Of a stretch of DNA of 64,000 nucleotides, positions 1-9,766 are shown in pieces; positions within the stretch are counted from its first letter, which is position 1, and each line of letters begins with the position of its first letter. A program made the position numbers and the translations under genes. The DNA is from a virus (lineage: Duplodnaviria > Heunggongvirae > Uroviricota > Caudoviricetes). Location: the IMG/VR virus record IMGVR_UViG_2627853872_000003. The stretch is one strand, 5' to 3'. The notes under the pieces were generated by a model. That model saw only the letters and a program-made list of their open reading frames with translations, did no database searches and was not told the DNA's origin.

Positions 1-1209
1 ATGGCAAGACCACCAAAATGGGCAGTAACGGTGCAGACCAAGTCGGGCCCGCGATACGAGGTCCGGACGCACGCCAAGCGCCCGGACGGCACGCGCTACC
101 AGCAAAAGCGCAGATTCAAGACTCTCGCGTCTGCTGTCGAGTGGCACACGCTAGTCATGTCTGAACTCCACAATGGCGGCCAGAATCTCGCCGCACCCCT
201 AACGGTCCAGCAGGCTGTCGAGGACTGGCTGGCAGGACAACGGATCCGGGAGACGACCATGGCCGCATACGTGGCCAGCCTTCGCCCCATTGTGGACATG
301 CTCGGAGACAGGCCTATCAGCTCGATCACCAAAAACGATATCGAAAGCGTGGTGCAAGCGCTACGCATAGGCGCATCGGTGTCGGGCACCTGGCGCGGAC
401 CCAAGAAGCTAAAAGGTAAACAGGTGCGATCGCGGTGGGAGGCAACAAGTATCAACCCGATGCTGGCCCGGATGCGGTCAATCATGTCCGACCTTGTGGA
501 TCAGGGCGCGTTGCCCCGCAACCCCGCCTCGCTGGTGAAGTCACTGCGGCCAGTGAGATCCACCATGAACCGGACTCTGGAAGCCGAAGAGATTCCGATC
601 CTGCTGCAAGACACGGAGACCCACCCTTTCGGAATCGCATGGCGGCTGGCGCTCATGGGGCTACGGCGCAGCGAGATCCTTGCGCTGACGTGGGACATGA
701 TCGATTTCCAGAAGAATGTGTTGGGCATCGCTACGGCGCGCCTTGCCGTTGCGGGCGGCTCCCGCATTGGTCCGACTAAGACACTCAGCAGCACCCGTAA
801 ATTACCGATGCCCACCGACCTCGTCTGGGCCCTGCTTCGCCTGCAGGGCCGGCAAGCCCAGAGGAGAGAAGCCCTCGGCTATCGGTGGTCGAACTCAAAT
901 TTGATCGTTCTCGACGAAAGCGGGAAGCCCCCGCATCCGCGCACACTGACGAAGGCGTGGAAGGAGGCGCTCAGAGCAGCCAATCTCCCCCTTGTTCGTC
1001 TTCATGACGCACGGCATTCGTGTGCCACGTTGATGCACCTGAACGGCGTCCCAGCCGTGGTAATCGCTGCCTGGTTGGGTCACGCAGACCCCGCGTTCAC
1101 CTTACGGACGTATACGCATTCGAACCCTGCAGCACTGTCTGCAGCAGCGCAGTATCTCGACAGCGTCACTCAGCAGATCGCGACGCCGGAACCGGACGCA
1201 GCCGCCTAG
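1..1209 (+). CDS. int: Tyrosine recombinase / phage-type integrase
   Basis: 402-aa ORF. C-terminal catalytic region HDARHSCATLMHLNGVPAVVIAAWLGHADPAFTLRTYTH has the R..H..R..Y signature of tyrosine recombinases. The N-terminal SAM-like core-binding region is typical of phage integrases. ATG at position 1. Confidence 0.9.
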   Translation: MARPPKWAVTVQTKSGPRYEVRTHAKRPDGTRYQQKRRFKTLASAVEWHTLVMSELHNGGQNLAAPLTVQQAVEDWLAGQRIRETTMAAYVASLRPIVDMLGDRPISSITKNDIESVVQALRIGASVSGTWRGPKKLKGKQVRSRWEATSINPMLARMRSIMSDLVDQGALPRNPASLVKSLRPVRSTMNRTLEAEEIPILLQDTETHPFGIAWRLALMGLRRSEILALTWDMIDFQKNVLGIATARLAVAGGSRIGPTKTLSSTRKLPMPTDLVWALLRLQGRQAQRREALGYRWSNSNLIVLDESGKPPHPRTLTKAWKEALRAANLPLVRLHDARHSCATLMHLNGVPAVVIAAWLGHADPAFTLRTYTHSNPAALSAAAQYLDSVTQQIATPEPDAAA

Positions 1210-1339
1210 CCGCCAGTTTTGACAAGCCGCTACTTCCACGTTGAGAGATTCGCAGACCGAGAGGTTAAGGCGCGAAAGCTGTTGCACAAGTATGCATTGC
1301 AACAACGACAACAGGTTTCTACATCCCCAGAAACAGCGA

Positions 1340-1369
1340 GACCTCCTTACCCACGGGTGTGGGGAGGTC
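1340..1369 (+). terminator. Imperfect stem-loop downstream of int (candidate terminator)
   Basis: gacctcc ... ggaggtc outer stem with nested cccac/gtggg inner stem, about 130 bp after the int stop. No clear U-tract. Confidence 0.35.
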
Positions 1370-1806
1370 TGCAATAACAAGAGTACCGCGCCTCAGCAAG
1401 CCACACGACTCCATTACTAATCTGCAAGAAACTGCGCAGTAGCCGGGGCGCGCTGCGGTGCGCCAAGCACTTTCAGGTCACATACACCAACGAGTTTCTC
1501 GGCTGAGCTGACACGCGTCGACCACTTGACTGGGGGTCAAGTGGTCACGGGCTCAAATCTTGCCAGCCCGGCCAGATATGAGGCGGTTTCGATGCCCCAA
1601 CTGGTTCAGTTGGGGCCGCAGGTAATTGGACAGCAGCTCACCTGCATGAACGACGCCAAAGCCGGGTACCGACCGGGCGAAAGCGGCGCCGGATTGCGGA
1701 TAGTCATTTGTGTGCCTGGTTCGAATTGTCGGGGGGCGGTCGTTCACCGACTTCGCATTCTGGGTCCGAGGTAGTTCGCCACGTACTTCAACGGTTTGTG
1801 GGCTTG

Positions 1807-2415
1807 CTACCGGCCCTGGCTCGCCTTTGCGTCAAGCTCGGTAACTGTGGATGCTCCGACCGTTTCGGCTAGTCGCAGTGCGACATTTGCGGCGGAGAGT
1901 GCGTCGGAGCCAGCTTCGTGGTGTTGGTCGAGTGTGATTCCCAGGTGCTTGCAGACGGCGGGAAGCTTGTAAGTGGGCAGTTGGAGCAACTTTTTTGACC
2001 ATTCCATGGTGCAGTGGTGGGCCGCTACGTGATGGGTATGTCCACACGCTTCCAGCGCCTGACGCAGGACACTGATGTCGAATTTTGCGTTGTGCGCCAG
2101 GACCGGCAGTCCGTCGAGGCGGGCCAGCAAGTCGGGTATCCGTTCGGCGAAGGTTGGCTGCCCGGCTACTTTATCTGGAGTGATCCCGTGGACCTTGATG
2201 TTCCATGCACCGAATGTTGTGTGCCCAGCTGGTGGTTGACACAACCAGGAACCGTGATCAACGATCTGCCCGCCGCGTACGGTGGCCCAGCCCGCTGCGC
2301 ATACCGACGCATACTTGGGGTTAGCGGTCTCGAAGTCAATCGCCACGAAATCCATTGCAGAAGAGCTCTTTTCTATTGTGTCGGTGGCATGTACGGGCGG
2401 ACTGAATGCCCTCAC
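1807..2415 (-). CDS. DnaQ-like DEDDh 3'-5' exonuclease (DNA pol III epsilon family)
   Basis: Motifs FVAIDFETAN (Exo I), HNAKFDISVL (Exo II), HHEAGSDALSAANV (Exo III with His). Likely real start at internal MDFVAIDFE (about 2355). Confidence 0.8.
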   Translation of the reverse strand: MRAFSPPVHATDTIEKSSSAMDFVAIDFETANPKYASVCAAGWATVRGGQIVDHGSWLCQPPAGHTTFGAWNIKVHGITPDKVAGQPTFAERIPDLLARLDGLPVLAHNAKFDISVLRQALEACGHTHHVAAHHCTMEWSKKLLQLPTYKLPAVCKHLGITLDQHHEAGSDALSAANVALRLAETVGASTVTELDAKASQGR

Positions 2416-2957
2416 ATGCTGGCATCAGTATCGGTGTCGTCCCATGACAGCGTTGGCAGTGGAGCCGAAAGGCCGAGCGAGCCTGGCGCGGCTAGGACAT
2501 CAAGGTGGCGCAGGCACACTCCCGGTGCGCCCTTGTAGGCCAGTACCCAGCGTCCGACACCGATCATGGGCGCCGAGGTTGCAAGCACAGCAGGGCCGAC
2601 GACGTTGTACTGTCCAAAATCGTCTTCGAAGGTGGCACGCACGATGGACCCATGCTCCAGGTCGGGCGCAGGATCTGCCGGCCCCTCGGCTCGGACTGAG
2701 CGCCCAGAGGTGTCGAAGCGCAAAATGTCGTTGGCGGGCTTGCCTTTTGACTCAATCGAGAACGCACTGAGCGCGAGGTCTCCGACGCTGACGCGCGTGA
2801 GATTGCCCCAGACCACGTACACCCCGAATGTCGGGCTCAGGAAGGTTGCCCCGATATGTGCGCCGATGCTCATCTCGCTGATCTGGAGCTTCATCTCGTT
2901 TACCGAGCGGCGCGCGGGAGGTGTCAGGAGAGCCCTGATCCAGTCTTCGTTGGTCAC
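2412..2957 (-). CDS. Hypothetical protein
   Basis: 181-aa ORF. Its stop overlaps the start of the downstream exonuclease gene by 4 nt (operon-like). No recognisable motif. Confidence 0.5.
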   Translation of the reverse strand: MTNEDWIRALLTPPARRSVNEMKLQISEMSIGAHIGATFLSPTFGVYVVWGNLTRVSVGDLALSAFSIESKGKPANDILRFDTSGRSVRAEGPADPAPDLEHGSIVRATFEDDFGQYNVVGPAVLATSAPMIGVGRWVLAYKGAPGVCLRHLDVLAAPGSLGLSAPLPTLSWDDTDTDASM

Positions 2958-3146
2958 ACCAGGGAGTATCTATGTCACGAGTCACAATTCCTGGCAGGCG
3001 CGCGGTTCGGATGCGCATGTCCGATCGTGTCTACCTGCCCGGGTGACATCCACAGCGAACCCGTTACGTCGGCTCGGACTACAGGCGCCATTTCGACCAC
3101 GCAAGTTGGGTTGCTGCATTAAATTGACGACGCGCGCTATCGATCA

Positions 3147-3758
3147 ATGGGGGGTGGATTCTTGCTCGGATTTGCGATCCTCGACAGTCAGCAATCGTCG
3201 GATGAGACCGCTGTTTGGCTTACATGCCGTGACGGGTCGCGGGTGGGCCACACCAATGCGGTCGTAATCGGCCGTGATGACGAACACCACGATTACAAGG
3301 TCTGGAGCCTGACGGCCGGCCGCGCTGTCGTTCTCACCGCGGGCACCACGCCGCCGTTAGCGTTCCAGCACACGCTTAGCCTCGATGCGTTCGACGGTCT
3401 TGTACGCGAGACGTCCGATCACCAAAAATCGATCGCTGCTGCTGTGGCCGACTACGCACGACGCGGAAAGAATCCGAATCTTGTCATACCGACATTCGCG
3501 AAGGCTCCCCAGCTCGCTATGGATAGCCGAGACCAGCCCGCGTATCGCGCACTGTCGGTAGCGAATTACGTGGCCAGTGTCTGGGCAGCATGGCTTGGTG
3601 CCGATGAGCAGCGTCTGCGTCGATCGGTAGATCCGCGAACCGGCGAGACCCCGTGGATCATGCCCGAGGAGCTTGGAAGCACCGTACTTGCCGAGTTCCC
3701 TCAGGGATTTGCACAACTGGTGCACGCAGAGCCGGCGACAAAATGCTTGATTACGTAG
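3147..3758 (+). CDS. Hypothetical protein (start uncertain)
   Basis: 203-aa ORF upstream of the exonuclease-BRCT gene. The 3' end overlaps the next gene in another frame, so the true extent may be shorter. Confidence 0.4.
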   Translation: MGGGFLLGFAILDSQQSSDETAVWLTCRDGSRVGHTNAVVIGRDDEHHDYKVWSLTAGRAVVLTAGTTPPLAFQHTLSLDAFDGLVRETSDHQKSIAAAVADYARRGKNPNLVIPTFAKAPQLAMDSRDQPAYRALSVANYVASVWAAWLGADEQRLRRSVDPRTGETPWIMPEELGSTVLAEFPQGFAQLVHAEPATKCLIT

Positions 3759-5323
3759 CCGTCGACTTTGAGACTGCGAATTCGTACCGGGGGTCGCCGT
3801 GCGCGGTGGGCCTTGTACGGGTGCGGCACGGAATGCCCGTGGCGGAACATCGTTGGCTGATACGACCGCCTGAACAAGTCGACTACTTCGACGGGTTCAA
3901 CACCGGTATTCACGGCATCACCGCTGACATGGTTGCGAACGCGCCGCGGTGGAAAGACGCGTTGCCACGCATCATCGAGTTCATCGGCAAGGACATCGTT
4001 GTCGCACACAACGCCGGTTTCGATATCGGCGTCATCCGGTACGCATGCGCTGTGGACAACATCGAATGGCCATCGCTGCGTTTCCTGTGCACGCTGGTAC
4101 TTGCGAGGCGGACCCTTTCCCTGCCTTCCTACCGATTACCGTTCGTGGTCAATGCCCTTGGAGGTCGTCTCGATGATCACCACGACCCCCTGGCAGACGC
4201 ACGTGCGGTAGTCGAAGTAATTCGAGGACTCGCAAAATCCCATAACGCTTGCGAGGTCAGCGATTTAGCTCAGTCCATCGGTATTCGTATCGGCCACATG
4301 CAAAGCGGTGTATACAAGGGCAGCGTGGCCGTTTCAAGTGGCGGCATATCCCGGCTTGTACAGCCGGATTTGAACCCGGATGCTGACCCCGAGGGATACC
4401 TGTACGGACGCGTTGTCGTCTTCACCGGCACCTTGATGTCGATGACTCGGCGGGTCGCCTGGGCCGAATGCGCGCGCGTCGGTGCGATAGCCCAAGAAGA
4501 CACCACGAAGCGAACCAACGTGCTTGTCGTCGGCGATATCAATCCTGCTGTGCTCCGGCCAGGTTCGGACCTCACTGGAAAGACGCGCCGCGCATTTGAG
4601 CTACAAGACAAAGGCCAAGCAATAGAAGTAATGACCGAGGACGACTTCCTTCGGTGCTTAGACGGAAAACCCCTGGCCGACATGGGTGTTCTGCTTGACT
4701 CAAGCCAACCGTCTCGGGTGGAACCCACCCCTCTGCCCACTGGTCTTCGGAAGTTGCCCCTAGCAGAACGCCCGGTCCCAGAACCGCCGAAGCCCCTTAA
4801 GGCTCCAAAACCGCTACGGAGGAAACGGGTTCCAACAGATCAGCAATGCTCGATTGAGGGCTGCACATCCGTAGCCGCGTTCAGAACCCGCTCGAAGCCG
4901 ACATGGTGCGAGGAGCACATTGCCAACCTACAACGACGTGGCGGGGTCGCGCCCCTCGAGCCATTTACCCATCCGAAGGACTGGCAACTGACGGAGTGCC
5001 TGACGTGCACCGTCCGCGCGCATTACCGCTTCGAGTACACCCTCGATAAGAACCGTCTCGATGAACCAACATGCAGGGCCTGCTATTGGCGCGGTTGGGC
5101 CGCACACCAGCGAGCAGTCCTAGGGGAATGGGCCAACGTGGAATCGATGCCCTACGAAGAAGTCAAGACATTCATCGAGGAGCACGGGTTTGATTACCTG
5201 GGCCCATTGACAGCCCCGTCACTGCGCGACGACCCACACCACACGCAGTGCCGAAGATGCGGCAAAATCAGCGCCGAACGCCTGGGCGACATCGCGTTCG
5301 GCTGCACCTGCACACGCGCTTAG
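3743..5323 (+). CDS. DEDDh exonuclease - BRCT - zinc-ribbon fusion protein
   Basis: Start at MLDYVAVDFETAN (Exo I). HNAGFDIGVI (Exo II) and HHDPLADARAV (Exo III) follow. BRCT-like segment RVVVFTGTLMSMTRRVAWAECARVGA...VLVVGD. Cys-rich C-terminus (CSIEGC...C..H; C..C...C..C) suggests zinc ribbons. Confidence 0.8.
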   Translation: MLDYVAVDFETANSYRGSPCAVGLVRVRHGMPVAEHRWLIRPPEQVDYFDGFNTGIHGITADMVANAPRWKDALPRIIEFIGKDIVVAHNAGFDIGVIRYACAVDNIEWPSLRFLCTLVLARRTLSLPSYRLPFVVNALGGRLDDHHDPLADARAVVEVIRGLAKSHNACEVSDLAQSIGIRIGHMQSGVYKGSVAVSSGGISRLVQPDLNPDADPEGYLYGRVVVFTGTLMSMTRRVAWAECARVGAIAQEDTTKRTNVLVVGDINPAVLRPGSDLTGKTRRAFELQDKGQAIEVMTEDDFLRCLDGKPLADMGVLLDSSQPSRVEPTPLPTGLRKLPLAERPVPEPPKPLKAPKPLRRKRVPTDQQCSIEGCTSVAAFRTRSKPTWCEEHIANLQRRGGVAPLEPFTHPKDWQLTECLTCTVRAHYRFEYTLDKNRLDEPTCRACYWRGWAAHQRAVLGEWANVESMPYEEVKTFIEEHGFDYLGPLTAPSLRDDPHHTQCRRCGKISAERLGDIAFGCTCTRA

Positions 5324-5940
5324 CGAGCTGCAACGCAGCGATCCGGAACGCTGAACCCTGCGCTTCGATCGGCGTTGATGGCCATTCCTTGGCCACGACA
5401 ACCCACAGGTCGCACGGTCAGCGAGGGGCGCGGGACCACACCGAGAACCAGACCAACGCCCGGCAGGCCCGCATCCGGACAATTCACAGCTGCTTTCGCC
5501 GCAGCATGCTCGACGGAATCCATCGCCGAATCATTCGGTCAATGTGCACCGCTACGCAGCGGTTAGCGAAATCGCGTTGGAACCGCGTAACACCGACCAG
5601 CCGCTCCACCCGCTTGGCGCCACGCAACCAGCTGCAACGTTCAGACCTCAAAAGAGGACGCCCACTACCGAGAACCTTCACCATCCAGGACTGGGTGTAG
5701 CTAGCGCGGACGGGGTCAGTACTGTGATTTCAACGCCCCACGCCGCGGGGTGGAGGTGCCCAGTTCTCGCGAGTTTAGGAAGCGACCCCTCCGCCGCAAC
5801 GCCTCATTCGATCGCTAAAGCGCCGCGAACAGCTCAGATGGATAACCCAGACTGGGTCATAAGTGGGTCAGCTCTTAATCCACTCTTAATTAACATGGAA
5901 TTCGGCTGAGTAGAAAAACCCCTCTGCCTGTACTTATACG

Positions 5941-5985
5941 GTGGTCCCGGCTGGGTTCGAACCAGCGACCCCTCGCGTGTGACTC
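5941..5985 (-). tRNA. tRNA 3'-terminal fragment (T-arm + acceptor 3' strand), putative att core
   Basis: Minus-strand sense reads ...gtc GCTGG TTCGAAC CCAGC CGGGACC A CC. This is a canonical T-stem/T-loop (TTCGAAC) followed by a 7-nt acceptor 3' strand and discriminator. No matching 5' acceptor strand (ggtcccg) or D/anticodon arms upstream, so it is partial. Confidence 0.45.
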
Positions 5986-6257
5986 GTGGCTCGTCTACGC
6001 TCGTCCATTCCGAACGTGCTGGTACAAAGCGTATCACCATTTGTCCAGGTAGAACAGGTTTGTCTAACCCTTACGGGTCATCGGCGGGTCAACGACGCTG
6101 GCGCGCGGATTCTCCAGACATGAGTCGCGAACGAGAGCTTCCCGGCTGCCGACTCAAACCTGAGTCACTGAGAACACCAAGATCCGAATCAGCTGTTTCT
6201 CGGCGTGTCGGAACCGCTCACTGGAGACCACCACACTCGCCCTAGACGATCAGAGTC

Positions 6258-6554
6258 ATGAGCAACAACGACCCCATTTCCGAGGCGCTAGGTACTTTGA
6301 TGCGCTCGGCCTCGCCTGAACAGGTTGAGCAGCTGGCGGCAATATTCCCCACAGCCAACGCGGCACAAGCTGTGTCGGCCACCGATCGTCCGAAGCTGTA
6401 TCGCGTGGAAGAAGCAGCCAAACAGCTTTGCATCAGCCGAGCCCACCTTTATGCATTGATTCGGTCAGGGGAAGTTAACGCGGTGAAACTCGGACGATCC
6501 CGACGAATCCCCACGGCTGAAGTTGAACGGCTCCTTAAAGGCAACGCGGCATAA
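6258..6554 (+). CDS. xis: Excisionase-like / MerR-type HTH DNA-binding protein
   Basis: C-terminal KLYRVEEAAKQLCISRAHLYALIRSGEVNAVKLGRSRRIPTAEVERLL is a typical HTH_17 excisionase fold. Lies about 270 bp from the tRNA-like fragment. Confidence 0.65.
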   Translation: MSNNDPISEALGTLMRSASPEQVEQLAAIFPTANAAQAVSATDRPKLYRVEEAAKQLCISRAHLYALIRSGEVNAVKLGRSRRIPTAEVERLLKGNAA

Positions 6555-6694
6555 CGGGCAATCGTCAGCGCTAATCCGCGCCGCCTTTCCACTCAAGAGC
6601 CGCACGCCGGCGCTCAGATCCGAGTTCCACCGCTGTATCGGCGTGTCGTCTCGGTCGCGGAGAGCGTAGGGCTGATCACTCCAATACTACTGTC

Positions 6695-7687
6695 ATGACG
6701 ATCCGAGACGGCGTCCAAAGTCGGCGCACAGCAGGCGAATCTTCCTCCCTGGCAGCATCGACCGGAGCTACCTCCGTCGTGATCGCGTTCCGCGGTGTCG
6801 GATCGCGTCGCGGATACGCCTATTGCGCGAAATCAGCCACCGGCGTTTGGTCGGGCATCGCGAAGTCCCCGAATCTGCAGACTGCACTGTTCGATGTCAT
6901 TGCGACTCTGCGGGTTACGCAGCCGAACCATTGTCACCTACAGGTGATGGTCCCACTCCGGGTCGTTTGGGCAGCACGGGCACAACTGACCGCTATCCAA
7001 TCGGCATTGAACGTCACCGTAATCAGCGGCGCCGAGGGGTACGTGAGACTGCTGATGGGCGAGGCCGCCCAGGTGCTCGACGAAATCGCCCCCGTTGCGC
7101 CTGAAAAGAAGAAATCCCCCAAACCACGCCCACCTGAGACCTTGCTACCGCCGGTCACAGTGGCCACCGATGGGTCGGTCCGCAAAACGTCCCTCGGTTG
7201 TGGATGGTTGGCAGACAGCGGCGCTTTCGGGTTGCGCGGATTCCAGCATTCGAATCGTATGCATGGAGGATCGAAAGTCTTGATATCGGAGCTTCGTGGA
7301 ATCGATGAGGCGTTGCGGCGTCTGGGACGACATGAGCACATCACGCTGTTCACCGACTGCCAAGCAGCGATCACGATGGCCAAGGCCTGGCAGAGAGGAG
7401 AGCAGGTAATGCCTGGCGGCTACATCACCGAGCTTGGAGAAGGCAAAGAGGCGGAACTGGTCTCAGCGTTTCGACGCATCCACCGACTCCGGGAACGCGT
7501 CGAGATCCGTTGGGTGCGCTCTCACAGCGGGGAACCACTGAACGAAGGTGCTGATGCGTTGGCGCGCCTTGCTTCCCGGTATATGCGTGGAGACAGCGGA
7601 CTGTCTCGACAGGAATACCGCCAGCGCGCCGCGGCGTTGGCCGAAGCCTTCGCCGGCGCATTCTGTGCCACGACCGCCGCAGCCTGA
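6695..7687 (+). CDS. Two-domain protein with C-terminal RNase H (type 1) domain
   Basis: RNase HI catalytic signature in order: VATDGS (D), SELRG (E), FTDCQ (D), VRSHSGEPLNEGADALAR (H, D). Linker EKKKSPKPRPPE separates it from an uncharacterised ~200-aa N-terminal domain. Confidence 0.7.
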   Translation: MTIRDGVQSRRTAGESSSLAASTGATSVVIAFRGVGSRRGYAYCAKSATGVWSGIAKSPNLQTALFDVIATLRVTQPNHCHLQVMVPLRVVWAARAQLTAIQSALNVTVISGAEGYVRLLMGEAAQVLDEIAPVAPEKKKSPKPRPPETLLPPVTVATDGSVRKTSLGCGWLADSGAFGLRGFQHSNRMHGGSKVLISELRGIDEALRRLGRHEHITLFTDCQAAITMAKAWQRGEQVMPGGYITELGEGKEAELVSAFRRIHRLRERVEIRWVRSHSGEPLNEGADALARLASRYMRGDSGLSRQEYRQRAAALAEAFAGAFCATTAAA

Positions 7688-7698
7688 AAGGACCACGC

Positions 7699-7938
7699 AT
7701 GAGCATCAAGACCCACGAGATCTCCAATCGACTCCGACAGCTCGGCGATGCTCCGATCCGAAGGCTGGTGCCAGCAGCCACGGCGGTAGCCGTGTTCTCC
7801 CTCGGCGCGATTAGCGGTGCGGCCTACATGCAGCTCCGTGATGACCGTGTCGCGCATTCGTCATCGGCCACGAGCACGGTGTCGGATGGGGAATTGAAAT
7901 ACGCTTTCTCGCGAATGGGTTGCGAAGCCGCCAGATGA
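7699..7938 (+). CDS. Hypothetical small protein
   Basis: 79-aa ORF with one hydrophobic stretch. Weak support. Confidence 0.3.
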   Translation: MSIKTHEISNRLRQLGDAPIRRLVPAATAVAVFSLGAISGAAYMQLRDDRVAHSSSATSTVSDGELKYAFSRMGCEAAR

Positions 7939-8306
7939 TCGAACTACGTGACCGGGCAGTGACCAATCTGCGCGCGGCTCGCACACAGACATCGAAATCG
8001 CTCTCCGCTGCCTGCCGCGATCCACGCGCGCTACAAGAGCCAGTCACCGGGACCACCACCGCGGCAGAGAGCGCGCTGTACGACGTCGAACGCTACAACG
8101 CGGCTCTGCACGAATACGGCACGTCAGCAGACCAGTTCCCTCTCATGACCTATCGCCCGGTAGGGCTCTACACCCGTGACGGTGCGAAGCTGGCCTACTT
8201 CACCGACGGATCCGGCCGAGTACAACGAGATCCTGCACTCGACGGAAAATCGTCGCTATACCAACTGGATTGGTGCCGGTCCCTGCGCGACTTCAACGCG
8301 GGATAG
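7920..8306 (+). CDS. Hypothetical protein
   Basis: 128-aa ORF, no motif recognised. Confidence 0.4.
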   Translation: MRSRQMIELRDRAVTNLRAARTQTSKSLSAACRDPRALQEPVTGTTTAAESALYDVERYNAALHEYGTSADQFPLMTYRPVGLYTRDGAKLAYFTDGSGRVQRDPALDGKSSLYQLDWCRSLRDFNAG

Positions 8307-8401
8307 TTCTATCCCTACTGCTGGCTCTGACCTGATTCCCGACAAACAGCGGAACCTCCTGGCGAATATGGTTTACCGCGACCTCGATAAGCGCCTGAAT
8401 G

Positions 8402-9025
8402 TCACGCCCCTCTCCGCTGCATCGACGTCCAGTAGCTCGCCGGAACCATCTTGGCTGAGGCCACTGCCCTCAACAGAACAGTGCGGTGTTTCGCGGGATC
8501 GAAGTCGGACTCGCCGATCACGACGTCGTTAGGCCCCAGCGCCTGAGTACCCGCGATGCGTACCCGGATCACGCGCAGGCCACGTCGCGCATAGAACCGA
8601 TTACGCATGATGTCCTCTGCGACCTTCTCCGGCGCTCCATGCCAGTGCGCCGGATCGACTTCCACCACCGCGAACGGCTTGCGCAGCAAGATGTCCGGCG
8701 TGAAAAAGCGGTTCTTGCCGGCGCTGTCACGTCCCATACACATCAGCGTCCCCTGCGGATAGGTGCGATACCCGGCATTTTCGAGCACCTTGCGCACACG
8801 CATCTCGGTCTTGGATGTCGCCGTGGAGCCACCAAGCGAAAGGTCACCTGGGCGCGCGTTGGCGCGGTCCATCTTCGGCAGAACCGGCGGCGTTTTGCGC
8901 TGGTGCCACCACATCATCGTCCAGACCGCCAGCAGCGCCATCGGCACCACCGGGTGCAGCAGAAACTCTTTCATGACCGAGACCGTAGGTAGACCCAGCA
9001 CACACGGGCCGACCGCGGCGCGCAC
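8402..9025 (-). CDS. Vsr/DUF559-like endonuclease-fold protein with N-terminal hydrophobic segment
   Basis: TEMRVRKVLENAGYR...FTPDILLRKPFAVVEVDPAHWHG resembles the Vsr / DUF559 core (T.E...L...G; vD..WHG). Start codon uncertain (internal Met candidates). Confidence 0.55.
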   Translation of the reverse strand: MRAAVGPCVLGLPTVSVMKEFLLHPVVPMALLAVWTMMWWHQRKTPPVLPKMDRANARPGDLSLGGSTATSKTEMRVRKVLENAGYRTYPQGTLMCMGRDSAGKNRFFTPDILLRKPFAVVEVDPAHWHGAPEKVAEDIMRNRFYARRGLRVIRVRIAGTQALGPNDVVIGESDFDPAKHRTVLLRAVASAKMVPASYWTSMQRRGA

Positions 9026-9529
9026 GTTGGGTGGTCGCGCGGCCTAACTGAGCATCGAGCTGCCTCGACTACAGAGCGTGGCGAGCTTGTTCGGCACATA
9101 TCACCAGGGAGGAGCCGTCTCAATGCACCGGCGAGAAGTCCGAATTCACTCCACCAGTCAGTACGAGCGCCACTGCCGCGCACTCGGATACAAACCAGCC
9201 GAGATCACCTTGCTCGTGATCGGATTCCACACCGGATGGGAACAGGGGTTTGCGACAAGTCAGAGTGAATTGCCGACATCGCAACTAGGCACCGCAGACC
9301 ACTAGCGCGCGGTTCACCAGTACTCCCCTCGTGCGTCCTCCCGATCCCCGCACATCCCCAAATCCGCATCGGGGTGCATAGGGGCACGGTCCATCTCGGA
9401 CATCGAAGCTCGAGCTGCTCGCGCCTCTTCGCGCTCAGCGGTATACGGGTCGTCCACGTTGTTCTCCTGTTGTTCGGTCGAATTGCGGTCGTTGAGCCGC
9501 AGCGTCTCGGCGTTTAGGGCGATTTCGGG

Positions 9530-9766
9530 TTATCCCCCACCTCCGGCCTCATAGGCGAGGCCGAGAGCCTTAAGCGCGGCGAGCGCTTGACCTTCGTCTT
9601 TCACTACGAAGTCCTCAAGATGTTCAGCGATACCGTGCGGCTGAACACGCCACCCTTCCGATCCGCCTACGACGGTTTCACCCTTGGCATACGCGAGGCA
9701 GTCGGTGTCGGAACCCGCAACATAGAGGCGATACTCGTTGTCCGCCTGGGCGATGAGGTGACTCAT
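9530..9766 (-). CDS. Hypothetical protein
   Basis: 78-aa ORF. Its start overlaps the upstream gene stop (ATGA coupling). Confidence 0.5.
   Translation of the reverse strand: MSHLIAQADNEYRLYVAGSDTDCLAYAKGETVVGGSEGWRVQPHGIAEHLEDFVVKDEGQALAALKALGLAYEAGGGG

Noticed and set aside
5941-6030. Complete tRNA gene on the minus strand
   Set aside because: T-arm and acceptor 3' strand are canonical, but no complementary 5' acceptor strand (ggtcccg or GU variants) and no D or anticodon arms fold in the upstream 60 nt. Treated as a partial fragment/att core instead.
9123-9305. 60-aa plus-strand ORF with GGGAGGAG RBS
   Set aside because: Good RBS, but GC3 is only about 63% and there is no recognisable motif. 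Left out of the feature list as too uncertain.
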